This document shows positions 22,995 to 35,915 of a stretch of DNA of 64,000 bases, piece after piece (position 1 is the first letter of the stretch; every line of letters starts with the position of its first letter). This stretch comes from Octopus vulgaris (taxonomy: Eukaryota): the NCBI GenBank assembly GCA_951406725.2, contig OX597837.1:12586001-12650000 (forward strand). Reading direction: 5' to 3'. The position numbers and the translations under genes are program-made. The notes below the pieces were generated by a model. The model did no database searches and was not told the DNA's origin. It worked only from the letters and a program-made list of their open reading frames with translations.

Positions 22995-24458
22995 ATGTCT
23001 AAGTTTATCGAGTATACGAAGCGTTATTGTTCCTGTCGGTGGAGATTGTGTTATGCTTGTTTTTTTGCTTCTATACTCATACAAACATTCAAAGTCGATC
23101 TAAGTATGGCTTTTGTTTGTATGTTGAAAACACCCAATCGTACAACTGAGGAAGTTAAAATTTCTGTAAACAACCAACACTGTTCCGGTTCAGATAATTA
23201 TTCAATGAATCAAAATTTTGAAGGAGAATTCGAATGGAGTGCGACATTACAATCGAACATGTTGGCCGGGTACTTTTATGGATATATTATGTCTAATATT
23301 GTGGGTGGTTTCTTGGCTGATAAATACGGGGGGAAAAGAGTTGTGGCGGGTTCACTAATCTTAGCCTCTATTCTGTCTGTTCTTCACCCAAGTTTATCTC
23401 GAATTAGTGGTTACATTACGCTTGTTCTTAGAATTTTAACAGGTATGGTATCTGGACCTATATACCCAGCAATTCATTCAATATTTAGACGTTGGGGACC
23501 GCTACAGGAAATTGGTTCACTGATTGGGTTTTCATTTGCTGGTCAATTTCTAGGTACCTTCGTAGGCCATTCAGTATCAGGTTACCTTTGTGTTTATGGC
23601 TTTGATAATGGATGGGGTTCCATATTTTATGTATTTGGTAGTTTATCGCTGGCGTTTAGCTGTGTATGGTGTTATTTTGTTTATGATAATCCGGACACCC
23701 ACCCGACAATCACCGACGAAGAACGTTCTTATCTAAATACATCTATAACAAACAAAAAGGCAATTAAGAATGTACCATGGAAAAAATTATTTTCTTCACC
23801 TGCAGTTTGGGCAATTAACTTCGCTAAGTTCGCTAACAAGTGGATGCAAACATCTTTACAGGTATTGCTTCCTCTGTATATGAACGAAGCACTAAAAATT
23901 GAAATCACATCCAACGGTTTAATGTCGTCTGCCCATTCAATTGGACAAGTCATTGCTCTACCATTATGTGGGAATCTGGCAGATTTTGTACTTTCCAAGA
24001 AATATGCGTCAACTCGTTGTGTCCGTGTTTTGTTCCAAGACTTTTCTCTGATTCTACCTGGATGTTTATTAATTGCCGTAACTTTCCTCAGATGTGACCA
24101 AACCATTCTAATAAGTTTTCTCTTGTTTCGCTGTGGTGTAACAATATCATTTATCTGCGGTGGTGTTTACGTGAACAACAAAGATATTGCTCCAAAATAT
24201 GCAGGTATTGTATTTGGAATTGCAAACACTTTTGGAACAATAGCCAGCAGCATTTGTCCCTTATCTACGAAAGCCTTGACCCCAAACGGCACTAAAGAAG
24301 AATGGCAGATTGTGTTTGCATTGCTGTCTGGCATATGTTTATCTGGTGCAATCTTGTATACAATATTTGCAAGAGGAGAAATACAAGATTGGGCAAGGTC
24401 AGAAGAGTCTGGACCTTCCGTTAATCATAGCGACACACAATCAAATAAAATTGCTTAG
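22995..24458 (+). CDS. SLC17/sialin-like MFS transporter paralog 3 (487 aa, single coding exon)
   Basis: Intact ORF with the same SLC17 motifs. TM1 has K in place of the conserved R. Confidence 0.93.
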   Translation: MSKFIEYTKRYCSCRWRLCYACFFASILIQTFKVDLSMAFVCMLKTPNRTTEEVKISVNNQHCSGSDNYSMNQNFEGEFEWSATLQSNMLAGYFYGYIMSNIVGGFLADKYGGKRVVAGSLILASILSVLHPSLSRISGYITLVLRILTGMVSGPIYPAIHSIFRRWGPLQEIGSLIGFSFAGQFLGTFVGHSVSGYLCVYGFDNGWGSIFYVFGSLSLAFSCVWCYFVYDNPDTHPTITDEERSYLNTSITNKKAIKNVPWKKLFSSPAVWAINFAKFANKWMQTSLQVLLPLYMNEALKIEITSNGLMSSAHSIGQVIALPLCGNLADFVLSKKYASTRCVRVLFQDFSLILPGCLLIAVTFLRCDQTILISFLLFRCGVTISFICGGVYVNNKDIAPKYAGIVFGIANTFGTIASSICPLSTKALTPNGTKEEWQIVFALLSGICLSGAILYTIFARGEIQDWARSEESGPSVNHSDTQSNKIA

Positions 24459-24468
24459 TATTCGTTTG

Positions 24469-24555
<87 letters not shown>

Positions 24556-24562
24556 ATATATA

Positions 24563-25695
24563 CTAGCAGCATAGCCCGGCGTTGCCCGGGTATGTAAGAG
24601 CCCCTAGTATGCAACGACTAATCCCAATCTAGTCCTTTCCCTCTAGGGAACGAAGGCGCATATGTAGGTTGCAATGTCTTCTCTTCACTCCCAAATAACT
24701 ATCAAACAGCTATCAATAATTTAACCCAACAAATTCCTACCAGAAAGAAATTACATTCGAGACTTTACCCCCAACACCGCCACTTCTGCTAATAGCTGCT
24801 GCAGCCGCAAGTTATTCGAATACTTTTTTTTGTTTAAACTTTCTTTATAACTACCACTCCAAACGTTTTACCTTAAATTTTTGACGTGCCCTAAGGGTCC
24901 TACTTGCAAACTCTTGGTTTATTATAAACCGCTTTTGTCGTGTGTACCAAAAAACCTTTTCCATTCGTTTGTTCAGTTTGGTCACTTTTGACTTTTTCGT
25001 TGTTGTCACTCACATTGCTGCCCGCTTTTTTGCCGTTTTTGTACATTTTTATACATTTTGGGATACTTATTCCAAGAGTTAAAAAGGTCGAGTTGCGTCC
25101 CCTAGATAGTCTGTGGTTTGTGTTTAATACACAAATCGATTTGCTATGTGCGCCACATATGATTTAATTAACCGATTTTTTTCCAGTAATAAAGTATCCT
25201 ATTGGAATAAAAAGGGCCATATAGCTCCTTGGAGCAGACATGATGCTCGCTGTGAATTTAAAAAAAAATTCCTTCCAATTGTCGAAAATATGTCATCTTG
25301 AATATGAACGCGATTTCCCAAAATGGCATGATTTTATCGATTTTTTCTGATGGTAAGGCATTGCATGGAAAACTAACGTCAGAATTAAGTTTCTTAGGGT
25401 AACATTAAGCTTCGCCATGAGTTTGGTGAAAATCGATTGCAAGTTGCGAAAACTACAACAGAAAATGTGATGCATATAAAAAGCTTAGATTCTCGACCCC
25501 ATGTCGAATTTATCAATTTTTTTCAGAACTGGGGGAACTTTTCAAAATTCTCGCTGCGTTAGTTTTGAATTATGACATTGGGCTATGTGTGTGTCAAGTT
25601 TCATCAGAATCGGTTGAAAGCCGTGGTCAGAGTGAGGGTACAACCTGACAGACGCACAGACACACAGACAGACAAGCTGCCGTTTATATATATAT
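24563..25695 (-). mobile_element. Non-autonomous Helitron inserted in (TA)n 3' of paralog 3
   Basis: CTAG end plus hairpin gcccggcgttgcccggg at 24563-24590. Absent from the paralog 4 3' flank, where (TA)n joins directly to ttgactggttttgc at ~35912. Confidence 0.75.
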
Positions 25696-25796
25696 ATTGA
25701 CTGGTTTTGCTTCAATTTTATAATCTCTACGCTTTTCTACAAAAAGGAACACAGAAAGGAACAAGGGGAGAAAATAAAAAATTTGTTGTGGCGATT

Positions 25797-26080
<284 letters not shown>

Positions 26081-26653
26081 TACACATATATACATATATA
26101 CTTTCAGAAAATTGATTTCATCTTCAACAAAGAAAAGGTGACCAACAACAAAAGCAACAAAACGGACACTAATTTTGCCGAAAGTAAATTATAGTAATTT
26201 TGGAAGAAGTTGCGTAGGTCGCATACCAAAACACATTCTTTTTGGTAGGAAAGAAATTCTACACAGTGCTTTAGAAAAGGATGCGCATCCTTACCTAAGA
26301 AATTTGTCCTACAACAAGGAAGATGTAAACACAGTCCCATAATATCTGAGACGAGAAAGACATTTTAAAGGAAAAAAAGTTATGAGTGTTTAATTCTTAT
26401 ATTTGAGGGTGATAATATAGTTCCATACTTTTTACGAATATAGTTCTATAAGGGGACGTCATTGAGGTAATTTTCAATAAGGTAAAATCTTGAATTATTA
26501 ATTGACACATTATTAATTAGAATAATAGCAAACATGCATTACATGGAAAATGCGAGCAAAAGAAATAATATTCTTAAGATTCTAAACCTGGAAAAGTACA
26601 GGACAAGTTATTAGACTTGGAAAAGTTCATGACACGTTATTACATCTGCTAAC

Positions 26654-26737
<84 letters not shown>

Positions 26738-27375
26738 GCCTATCTATCTATCTATCTATCTATCTATCTCTCTATCTATCAATCTATCTATCTATCTGTC
26801 TGTCTATCAATCGCCACAACAAAAAAATTTTTATTTAAAATATTGCAGCTGAGGATAAATTTGAATATTAACAATTATTTGATTTTAATTTACAAAGTAA
26901 CATTATAATTAAAAAACGTACCATCATTTTCTTTAAAATATTAACACACTAGAAAACTTTAAAAATGAGAGCCAGAAGTACCAATATAGCTGAAGTTTTA
27001 TGCAAAGTAGAATAGTATATATAATGTAGGCAAATTCATTTTGTAAAAAATAGGCATTGGGTCAAGACTAAACATATGAAAACTTGGCAGTAACTCAAGC
27101 ATATTTTAGTGTGAATTTGTTACTATAGGTAGATTTTATTGTAATATGTAACTAATTTTTGTATTATTCTATTTATTGTACTAACTAATTATGTACTACT
27201 ATTATTTTTATAACCTGTTTTCAAATTTCTAATTATTAATTAATAATTTTAAAAAGTGAATTTTTCTAAAGTGCGAAGCATATTTTGAGTTATTTTATTT
27301 TTATTTTTAATAGAAGTAACAAGAAATAACAAACAGAAGTAATAAATGACATGGGATATTGAGATATGTAATGAA

Positions 27376-27665
27376 CTAGCAGCATCGCCCGGCGTTGCTC
27401 GGGTTTGTTTCGACCCTTTAGAATTGGAGTTTTTGAAAAGTAAAAATTTTGCATTATGTAGCTTGTTATTCTCTTTAAGTAAACATTTTTCTGGTTGAAA
27501 TACACGGAAAATGGCGAAAAAAATAGGGATTGTCAAAGAAAAACGTACCTTTTGATGTAAATAATTTTTGGTGTTAACATTGTCCGATTTGAATTTTTTC
27601 TTCTACGAAAGGAAGAGCAAGGCGTCTTCTATCATACTCTCAATTTTAGTCAACTTACACTGCAG
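27376..27665 (-). mobile_element. Helitron 3'-end fragment
   Basis: a|ctagcagcatcgcccggcgttgctcggg is the same terminal hairpin plus CTAG as in 378-672, on the opposite strand. Confidence 0.65.
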
Positions 27666-27892
27666 ACTTCATCATATTTATTCTTTTCTATGATGTTCTA
27701 CCCCATTAATCACGTTATATAATTTGTAATGTTTGACATTTTACCGTAACCAGATATTTGCCATAAATCTTTCGACTCTTTCGTAACTATGTGAGAGCTC
27801 ATATGTACAACAGACAGTGAACTGTGGTATTATTGCCTTTTCCAAACATTACAATTTAAAACAAAATACCAGAATCTATGTCACATCTATGT

Positions 27893-28072
27893 AAGTTTGC
27901 AGATTTTCTACTTTCCAAGAAATATCCATCAACACGTTCTGTCCGAGTTTTATTCTCAGCCTTTTCTTTGACTGTTCCAGCATGTCTGTTAATTGTCACA
28001 GGCTTTCTCAGATGAGACCAAACCATTCTGATAATTCTGCTTTTGATTCTTAGTGGTGTAACAATATCATTT
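27893..28072 (+). pseudogene. Internally deleted SLC17 paralog relic (TM8 loop to TM10)
   Basis: Translates KFADFLLSKKYPSTRSVRVLFSAFSLTVPACLLIVTGFLR*DQTILIILLLILSGVTISF. Preceded by the paralog 5'-flank module (27740-27890) and followed by 3'-flank sequence. Confidence 0.85.
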
Positions 28073-29021
28073 CCTAGTGTGCTATTGAGGTTCAGATCTC
28101 AACAATTATTTTTGTTTCCAGACAATCAGATCGTTTTCGCATTAAAATCATGACAGTTTTGAAGAAATCTTAATTCTTGAGATTATCTCCGCTCTCCGTT
28201 TGAACTTCATCCGAATTACCACCAAATGATTGTCCTAGGAGCGGATATATTTTCAATAAATAAATTATTTATTCTGTGTTATATTTAAAATATCCACACA
28301 AGCATTCGATACAATGCGAATCCTTAATTTTTTCTAGGGTACGTGTGATTATTTTTTTAGTCCGATATGAAAAAATTCTCATGGCTGCCTTCGGCTTTGA
28401 CGGATTAATGGTGTGCAAGAGACATATTTTGGAGAATGTTCCGACTCAAAATTATCTGGTGGCCACGCACCTATCACTCAATGAGTTGTCCTCCATCTTT
28501 AGTATAATTTTCATTAATTACCTAGTTTTTCATTTCGTTGCATCTTAATATAATTATCTATTCATCTTGTCTTTAATTTGTATGCTAATTAGAGCATGTC
28601 CAATTATTAATAGTATAACATTGCTGGTATGGCCGATGGTTTTCGAGGAGTATTAGAACCGTATGTCCATTGTGATGCAAAAATGTTTACTGGTAGCGTA
28701 ATTTCGAATATTCACATTAAAAATATTCCTGCAGAAAATGGAATCCAATAAGATGAGATTGAAAACTGAAGCAGCGGAATATAATGTCCGTCATTGTCGC
28801 GACTCTCATCCGTCGATCACCCACCTGCTTTTGTATCTACCTTGATTGGTCAAGATACTACAGTTGCATTTAAATTTAAAGCAGAAACAGAAGGTTAAAT
28901 CAAAAAGAATTTGCTCATGAAGTTGTTATATTTCCTATGACTGTGTGTGTACTTATCTATTTGTCTATATTCATACATATCATATATCTGTGAGTATACA
29001 TCTGAGTTTGTGTGTGTGTGC

Positions 29022-29111
<90 letters not shown>

Positions 29112-29718
29112 GTGTGTACTTGTGTGTACTTGTGTGTATGTGGATGTGTGATCGTGTGTGTTGTATTATATGACAATATATGACACGGTGTCTGAAATTT
29201 CAAAAGTACTTATTAGTTGTGGAATTTAGAACATTCATAAGAAAAAATGTCCCCTAAGAAAATGATATCAAATAAGATGAGACTGAAAACAAGAAGCACC
29301 TGAATACAAAGACCGTCGTTATTCCAACTCTTATCTAACAATCAGTCACCTATTTTTGTTTTTTACCTTGATTGGTCAGGTTACTGAAGTTGCAATATAA
29401 ATATAAAACAGAAAGTTTCTAATCTTCATTGAGAAGACTGACTTTGTTTCATTGGCGTCGGGAAACCAAAGACATCTTGGCAAAATTTATCTATCATTCG
29501 AAACGAATAGAAATGAGTTTTCCTTTTCATTTTGCATTTCAAATATTAAAGAGGCAAAATACTTCACCATAGAATTCATACAGTCGTACCAGTTGTGAAA
29601 GTTTGAACGCAAGTACTTTATCCATTAGAATTGAATAACTCAGGGGTCCAGCGGAGGTGTAAGTCTATTTCTTTGTTCATTATTGAATCACACTTTCAAC
29701 TTCCATGTGTTTAATGTT

Positions 29719-29749
<31 letters not shown>

Positions 29750-30553
29750 CTATTATAACCTGCCTCTCTAAGGGCCTTTTAAACGCTGTATAAGACGTTT
29801 TTGATTCAAAATTTTAGTTCATTGTTTAAACCTCGCCAAGATAAGTATGTATCTTTTTAAGATCTTCAAATTGTAAATTTTAATATTGTATAAGCCTTTG
29901 GAGTAATAATATTCTCATTATGTAAATATCGTTGTTTATGTAATGATCTAATTATCTTAATTTTCTATGTTATTAGATATTAAATAAATTAGATAAACTT
30001 TGATAAAATTAGATATGTTTCGACTAAAGATTGGTCTAGGCCATGTCTAATTTAATAGCATAATTTATATTAGATAATTATTCCCATTCATAATTATATT
30101 TATAGTACTTATAGTATTTATTTGATACTATATTACTAAGAATTGAATATTTCTATAAGTATTTTACATAAGATTTTGAAAGTCCGTTAAAGTTAGTTTA
30201 TTTGTATTTTGAAATTAGCTATTTCATCTTTAAATATGAAAAGTTAAATTTATTAGGTTTTCATTATATACAATTATTTATAGAGATTATTTTAGATCTT
30301 GATTATAATATTTATATATATTTTCATTGATAATTCATATATATATGTCATTTTAAATATTTATGTAATTAGATATAGACTAATATTGATATTAGATTAT
30401 GGGTTTTCTACCTTATAAATTAAAGTTAATATTTAACATTATAGTCGATTTCGATATAATCATATTTAATAATAGAGTTTATTATAAGTAAAATTATTAT
30501 ATTATATATATTATTTATATCTTAAAAATATTGATTATATTTTAGATATTTAA

Positions 30554-30621
30554 ACCACCTGATGAATGACTGCGACTTAAAAATTTGAAGAAGTTAGCAG
30601 GCATGAAACGATCGTAGTGTG
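30554..30621 (+). ncRNA. Type I hammerhead ribozyme motif in an AT-rich repeat (~29760-30830)
   Basis: cac CTGATGA atgactgcgactt...aagttagcaggcat GAAA cgatcg TA gtg. Long stem II, palindromic stem III and a GUA cleavage triplet; stem I is short. Confidence 0.7.
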
Positions 30622-30836
30622 ATATTAATTATATTTTTTAATAATTTTGTTATATATTTAAATAATATAAATATAATAATCTTATGTATTGGCTTAAGTT
30701 TTTCATTGTTTGATTTGCTTAATAGTGGTTTTGTCTCTAATTTAATATAATATAAAATTTTACTATAAAATTGGATTCAATCCTAAATCTGATTTTTCCC
30801 TGTAAGTTTGGATTTATTCCTTAATATTTATTATAT

Positions 30837-30879
<43 letters not shown>

Positions 30880-30925
30880 GTGATAAATAAAAATATGTGC
30901 ATACATACAAACATATATGTACGTA

Positions 30926-30974
<49 letters not shown>

Positions 30975-31265
30975 TCACATCGCAAAGATGAAACCGCATC
31001 AAAATGAATCCTATGGAAGAGTGGTGGAAAAGTACATCTCGTAAACAGCATCCTGGGACAATATAGAAGTGAAAAGGACAAGTGCAGATCAATATCTATA
31101 AAACAAGTTCAATACTGAAAGGTGGTGCTCCAGCATGGCCGCAGTCAAATGACTGAAACAAGTAAAAGAGTAAAAGAGAGTACTGTAAAATATATTTAAA
31201 TAAAGGAAAAAATATAAAAATTTACAAATAGGATTAAATTAAATTAAAAACTTATACATACATAC

Positions 31266-31354
<89 letters not shown>

Positions 31355-31514
31355 CATTAGTACGTATATTTAGAGAGAGAGAGACATAAGTACATATATA
31401 TATATTGTTGAAAACGGTAAGATAAAGAAAGAAAAAGACATCAATATTATTTAAATAGACGAATTTATCTGTAAAATTTGTCTGAATAATTGTGACATAT
31501 TATTTTACAGATAC

Positions 31515-31547
<33 letters not shown>

Positions 31548-31772
31548 TGTATGTATGTATGTATGTATGTATGTATGTATGTATGTATGTATTTGTATAT
31601 AAATAAAAGAGGCAGGCAAAAGGTTGCTTAGCCACATATCGAAAAATTAGAAATAGCAGTCAAAGACTGTTTATTTCAATTTTCTACAAGTGGGACTCCA
31701 CATACGACATATCTCTGTAATTCACAAATGCAAAACAGAAGGAAGAAATAACGAAAGCAAAGTCTAATGGTT

Positions 31773-31836
31773 ATTTACGAACGCGTTTCTACACTAGGAA
31801 TATAATATAAATTCCATGTCTTTCATCAGCGTAAAC
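31773..31836 (-). ncRNA. Type I hammerhead ribozyme motif
   Basis: Minus strand reads tttacg CTGATGA aagacatggaat...attcctagtgta GAAA cgcg TT cgtaaa. Perfect 6-bp stem I and palindromic stem III; the base of stem II is partly decayed. A ~50-bp inverted repeat is adjacent (31903-31952 / 32018-32067). Confidence 0.62.
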
Positions 31837-32096
31837 CTCCACTAAAATAGATTTATCAAATGCTACGTACCTCCACTTCTCGATGAGGCGTCATCGAAAT
31901 AATGGAAGGAAGCAAGCATAAGCCAAACCTATATAGACGATTGAATCCGCAAATCTTCCCTCCAAAATTTTACTATGCGTATTACAAAAATACTTCCTTA
32001 GAGATAGAAACTATGGGTTGCGAATTCAATCGTCTATATAGGTTTGGCCTATGCTTGCTTTCTTCCACTAGGTATGTACATATATGTACATATATA

Positions 32097-32400
32097 TCAC
32101 GTGATCACGTGACCGACCAGTCCATCAGATGTAGTTACACATCGCTGGTCACAATTGGTTCGCATTTTTATAGCCTTCGAATGACGCCACCCCGCTGGCT
32201 AAGCGAGCAGGCCAACAGAAGAAAGAGTGAGAGAAAGAGTGGTGAAAGAGTACAGCAGGGATCACCACCCCCTGCCGGAGCCTCGTGGAGCTTTAAGGTG
32301 TTTTCGCTCAATAAACACTCACAAAGCCCGGTCTGGGAATCGAAACCGCGATCCTACGACCGCGAGTCCGCTGCCCTAACCACTAGGCCATTGCGCCTCC
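32097..32400 (-). mobile_element. tRNA-derived SINE family C
   Basis: Minus head ggaggcgcaatggcctagtggttagggcagcggactcgc...ggtttcgattccc (A and B boxes), with a (CACGTGAT)n tail. Confidence 0.75.
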
Positions 32401-33219
32401 ACTTGTACATATATATGCATATATTTATGTATTATTTATATTATTATATGATCGAACACGGCGCATCCTTTTCCAAGTAAGTTTTATCTTAATAATTACG
32501 ATGTGTACTCTTATTCTATCTCTTTTCTGTCTATCTCCCTCTCTTTTTCTTCTTCCTTTCTGTTTTTCTCTCCCACCCTTTCCTTATTCTTCTCCTCTCC
32601 CCTTCATCGTTCCCTCTCTCTCACACTTCCTCCTTGACTCTCTCGTTGATCACACGTGACTAACGGCCATTCTCTCTTTCTTCCACTACCTTCCTAATGA
32701 CAAGACGAGCTTTTATCTATCTCTTCTAAAAGCTCGTTTTCCCAGCGTTCAGCACTTCACATCTCCTTCGCTTAACAGCCCTCACCGTTGTCTATTCTGT
32801 ATTTTATGTAGTTTGTTCTTAGTGCTTGCACTTGGGCAGCACAGGTTAGAGCCTCCGTTTCCGGTTTTGAATCACTTTTAGTCATCCACAGCCATCTTTT
32901 TTCCCTGTCTGTCTTATCTTCAACATCCTATATAATTGACCATGTATTCTTTTCTTCGCCCACCTATTTTCAGTTTCATTCGTTTTCAATTTCTTGTATA
33001 GTGCTTTATCTTCGCAATCTTCTATCCTACACAAGACGGTTCTGTGGAATTTTTTACATACTATGCTTTTTCTTTTCTTCTGCCTAATGCTGTGTTCGAT
33101 TCCAATAAGTCCTCTTCCCCTCTTTTTCTTGGTACATACAGTCTGTCTGCGTCACTTTTGGGGTGGAAGTGACCCATATCTAGTTAGCAACTTCCTTATC
33201 TTTCTTCTTCTTCTTCTTC

Positions 33220-33278
<59 letters not shown>

Positions 33279-33312
33279 TTTTTTATTATTATCATCATCA
33301 TCATCATCATAT

Positions 33313-33480
33313 AAACTTAACAAATTAGACTGTTGCAAAAGAAAAATTCCAACATCAGGCTACATAAGATAATCTTAGATACCAAGAGCCCTCTTAAGTA
33401 TCCTAGATGTCCCTAATAACACTGATTCCTGGAGCTGTACTAAACTGGGGTTTATACCAATTTCCTCTAACCATCTTCAC
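33313..33480 (-). mobile_element. 3' end of an R4/Dong-like (REL-endonuclease) non-LTR retrotransposon abutting (TAA/TGA)n
   Basis: Minus strand translates RWLEEIGINPSLVQLQESVLLGTSRILKRALGI*, matching the typical LQKxxLLGTxRILR C-terminus. The trinucleotide tract 33200-33310 lies directly downstream. Confidence 0.72.
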
Positions 33481-33571
33481 TATTAACTACATGTGAGTCT
33501 ATATCTACTCTGGCTAACTTCAAGCAGTCTTCTTAGTTTCCTGGCAACCAATATTTTAAAACACAGTCCGC

Positions 33572-33665
<94 letters not shown>

Positions 33666-34381
33666 ATATATATAAATGAATATTGATTCTTTATATTCGT
33701 ACAGGTCACACATTTCCACGAATCCCAGTCGATTAGATCGACCCCAGTACGCAACTGGTACTTAATTTATCGATCCCGAAAAGATGAAATGCAAAGACGA
33801 CCTTGATGGAATTTGAACTCAAGACATAAAGACAGAGGAATTACCACTAAGCATTTCGCCCGGCGTCCTAACCTTTCTGCCAGATCGTCGCCTTAGGAAC
33901 TGGAAATATTGGTATTAATTCTTGCCTCAAACATTGCAGATTATAACAGAATTTCCGAATCTGTGTTCTGAGTAACTTATTGTCACATCTCTGCACTTTT
34001 GCATTTGCCTTTGTTTTCATTATATTCTTGCCTTGGAAGAGGTGATTTTTTTTTTAATTTTTAAGTAAAGGAAAATTAAAATAAACTACTAATTTGATCA
34101 TAGCTGGTGTATATAGGTTATTAATGTTCTAATGATTGATAAACAACTTCCTTGTTTTTTACCGTTAAAGTATACCAATGTATTGTGACCTATAAACATC
34201 TACATCATCAAATCTGATAAACCAGACCAATACGTTGATCCACTCAAAGTAATATTTTCTTAAACAAGTCTTTCTTTAGAGATTGTTTACATATTTATGT
34301 TACATCTATCGTGGATTAATATATGTACAAACATTCAATTCCAAGTAATACATTGTGAGAACTAGAAGTCGGAACATAAAA

Positions 34382-35845
34382 ATGTCTAAGTTTATCGAGT
34401 ATACGAAGCGTTATTGTTCCTGTCGGTGGAGAGTGTGTTACGCTTGTTTTATTGTTTCTATACTCATACAAACATTCAAAGTCGATCTAAGTATGGCTTT
34501 TGTTTGTATGTTGAAAACGCCCAATAGTACAACTGAGGAAGTTAACATTTCTGTAAACAACCAACACTGTTCCGGTTCAGATAATTATTCAATAAACCAA
34601 AATTTTGAAGGAGAATTCGAATGGAGTGCCACATTACAATCGAACATGTTGGCCGGGTACTTTTATGGATTTATTATGTCTAATATTGTGGGTGGTTTCT
34701 TGGCTGATAAATACGGGGGGAAAAGAGTTGTGGCGGGTTCACTAATCTTAGCCTCTATTCTGTCTGTTCTTCACCCAAGTTTATCTCGAATTAGTGGTTA
34801 CATTACGCTTGTTCTTAGAATTTTAACAGGTATGGTATCTGGACCTATATACCCAGCAATTCATTCAATATTTAGACGTTGGGGACCGCCACAGGAAATT
34901 GGTTCACTGATTGGGTTTTCATTTGCTGGTCAATTTCTAGGTACCTTCATAGGCCATTCAGTATCAGGTTACCTTTGTGTTTATGGCTTTGATAATGGAT
35001 GGGGTTCCATATTTTATGTATTTGGTAGTTTATCGCTGGCGTTTAGCTGTGTATGGTGTTATTTTGTTTATGATAATCCGGACACCCACCCGACAATCAC
35101 CGACGAAGAACGTTCTTATCTAAATACATCTATAACAAACAAAAAGGCAATTAAGAATGTACCATGGAAAAAACTATTTTCTTCACCTGCAGTTTGGGCA
35201 ATTAACTTCGCTAAGTTCGCTAACAAGTGGATGCAAACATATTTACAGGTATTGCTTCCTCTATATATGAACGAAGCACTAAAAATTGAAATCACATCCA
35301 ACGGTTTAATGTCGTCTGCCAATTCAATTGGACAAGTCATTGCTCTACCATTATGTGGGAATCTGGCAGATTTTGTACTTTCCAAGAAATATGTGTCAAC
35401 TCGTTGTGTCCGTGTTTTGTTCCAAGACTTTTCTCTGATTCTACCTGGATGTTTATTAATTGCCGTAACTTTCCTCAGATGTGACCAAACCGTTCTAATA
35501 AGTTTTCTGTTATTTCTCTGTGGTGTAACAATGTCTTTTGTCTGTGGTGGTGTTTACGTGAACAACAAAGATATTGCTCCAAAATATGCAGGTATTGTAT
35601 ATGGAATTGCAAACACTTTTGGAACAATAGCCAGCAGTATTTGTCCCTTATCTACGAAAGCCTTGACCCCAAACGGCACTAAAGAAGAATGGCAGATTGT
35701 GTTTGCATTGTTGGCTGCCATATGTTTATCTGGTGCAATCTTGTATACAATATTTGCAAGAGGAGAAATACAAGATTGGGCAAGGTCAGAAGAGTCTGGA
35801 CCTTCCGTTAATCATAGCGACACACAATCAAATAAAATTGCTTAG
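34382..35845 (+). CDS. SLC17/sialin-like MFS transporter paralog 4 (487 aa), recent duplicate of paralog 3
   Basis: Intact ORF, nearly identical to paralog 3 including flanks. Confidence 0.93.
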   Translation: MSKFIEYTKRYCSCRWRVCYACFIVSILIQTFKVDLSMAFVCMLKTPNSTTEEVNISVNNQHCSGSDNYSINQNFEGEFEWSATLQSNMLAGYFYGFIMSNIVGGFLADKYGGKRVVAGSLILASILSVLHPSLSRISGYITLVLRILTGMVSGPIYPAIHSIFRRWGPPQEIGSLIGFSFAGQFLGTFIGHSVSGYLCVYGFDNGWGSIFYVFGSLSLAFSCVWCYFVYDNPDTHPTITDEERSYLNTSITNKKAIKNVPWKKLFSSPAVWAINFAKFANKWMQTYLQVLLPLYMNEALKIEITSNGLMSSANSIGQVIALPLCGNLADFVLSKKYVSTRCVRVLFQDFSLILPGCLLIAVTFLRCDQTVLISFLLFLCGVTMSFVCGGVYVNNKDIAPKYAGIVYGIANTFGTIASSICPLSTKALTPNGTKEEWQIVFALLAAICLSGAILYTIFARGEIQDWARSEESGPSVNHSDTQSNKIA

Positions 35846-35874
35846 CATTTGTTTGCTACACACAAACACATACA

Positions 35875-35915
<41 letters not shown>

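Noticed and set aside
23729-24106. Antisense ORFs recurring inside each transporter CDS (for example 7102, 12969, 35116, 47153, 55367)
   Set aside because: Shadow frames of the conserved sense CDS. Their lengths and starts are inconsistent between paralogs.
32320-32400. tRNA gene candidate
   Set aside because: It is the head of a SINE, continuing into a body and tandem tail; the acceptor stem is not intact.
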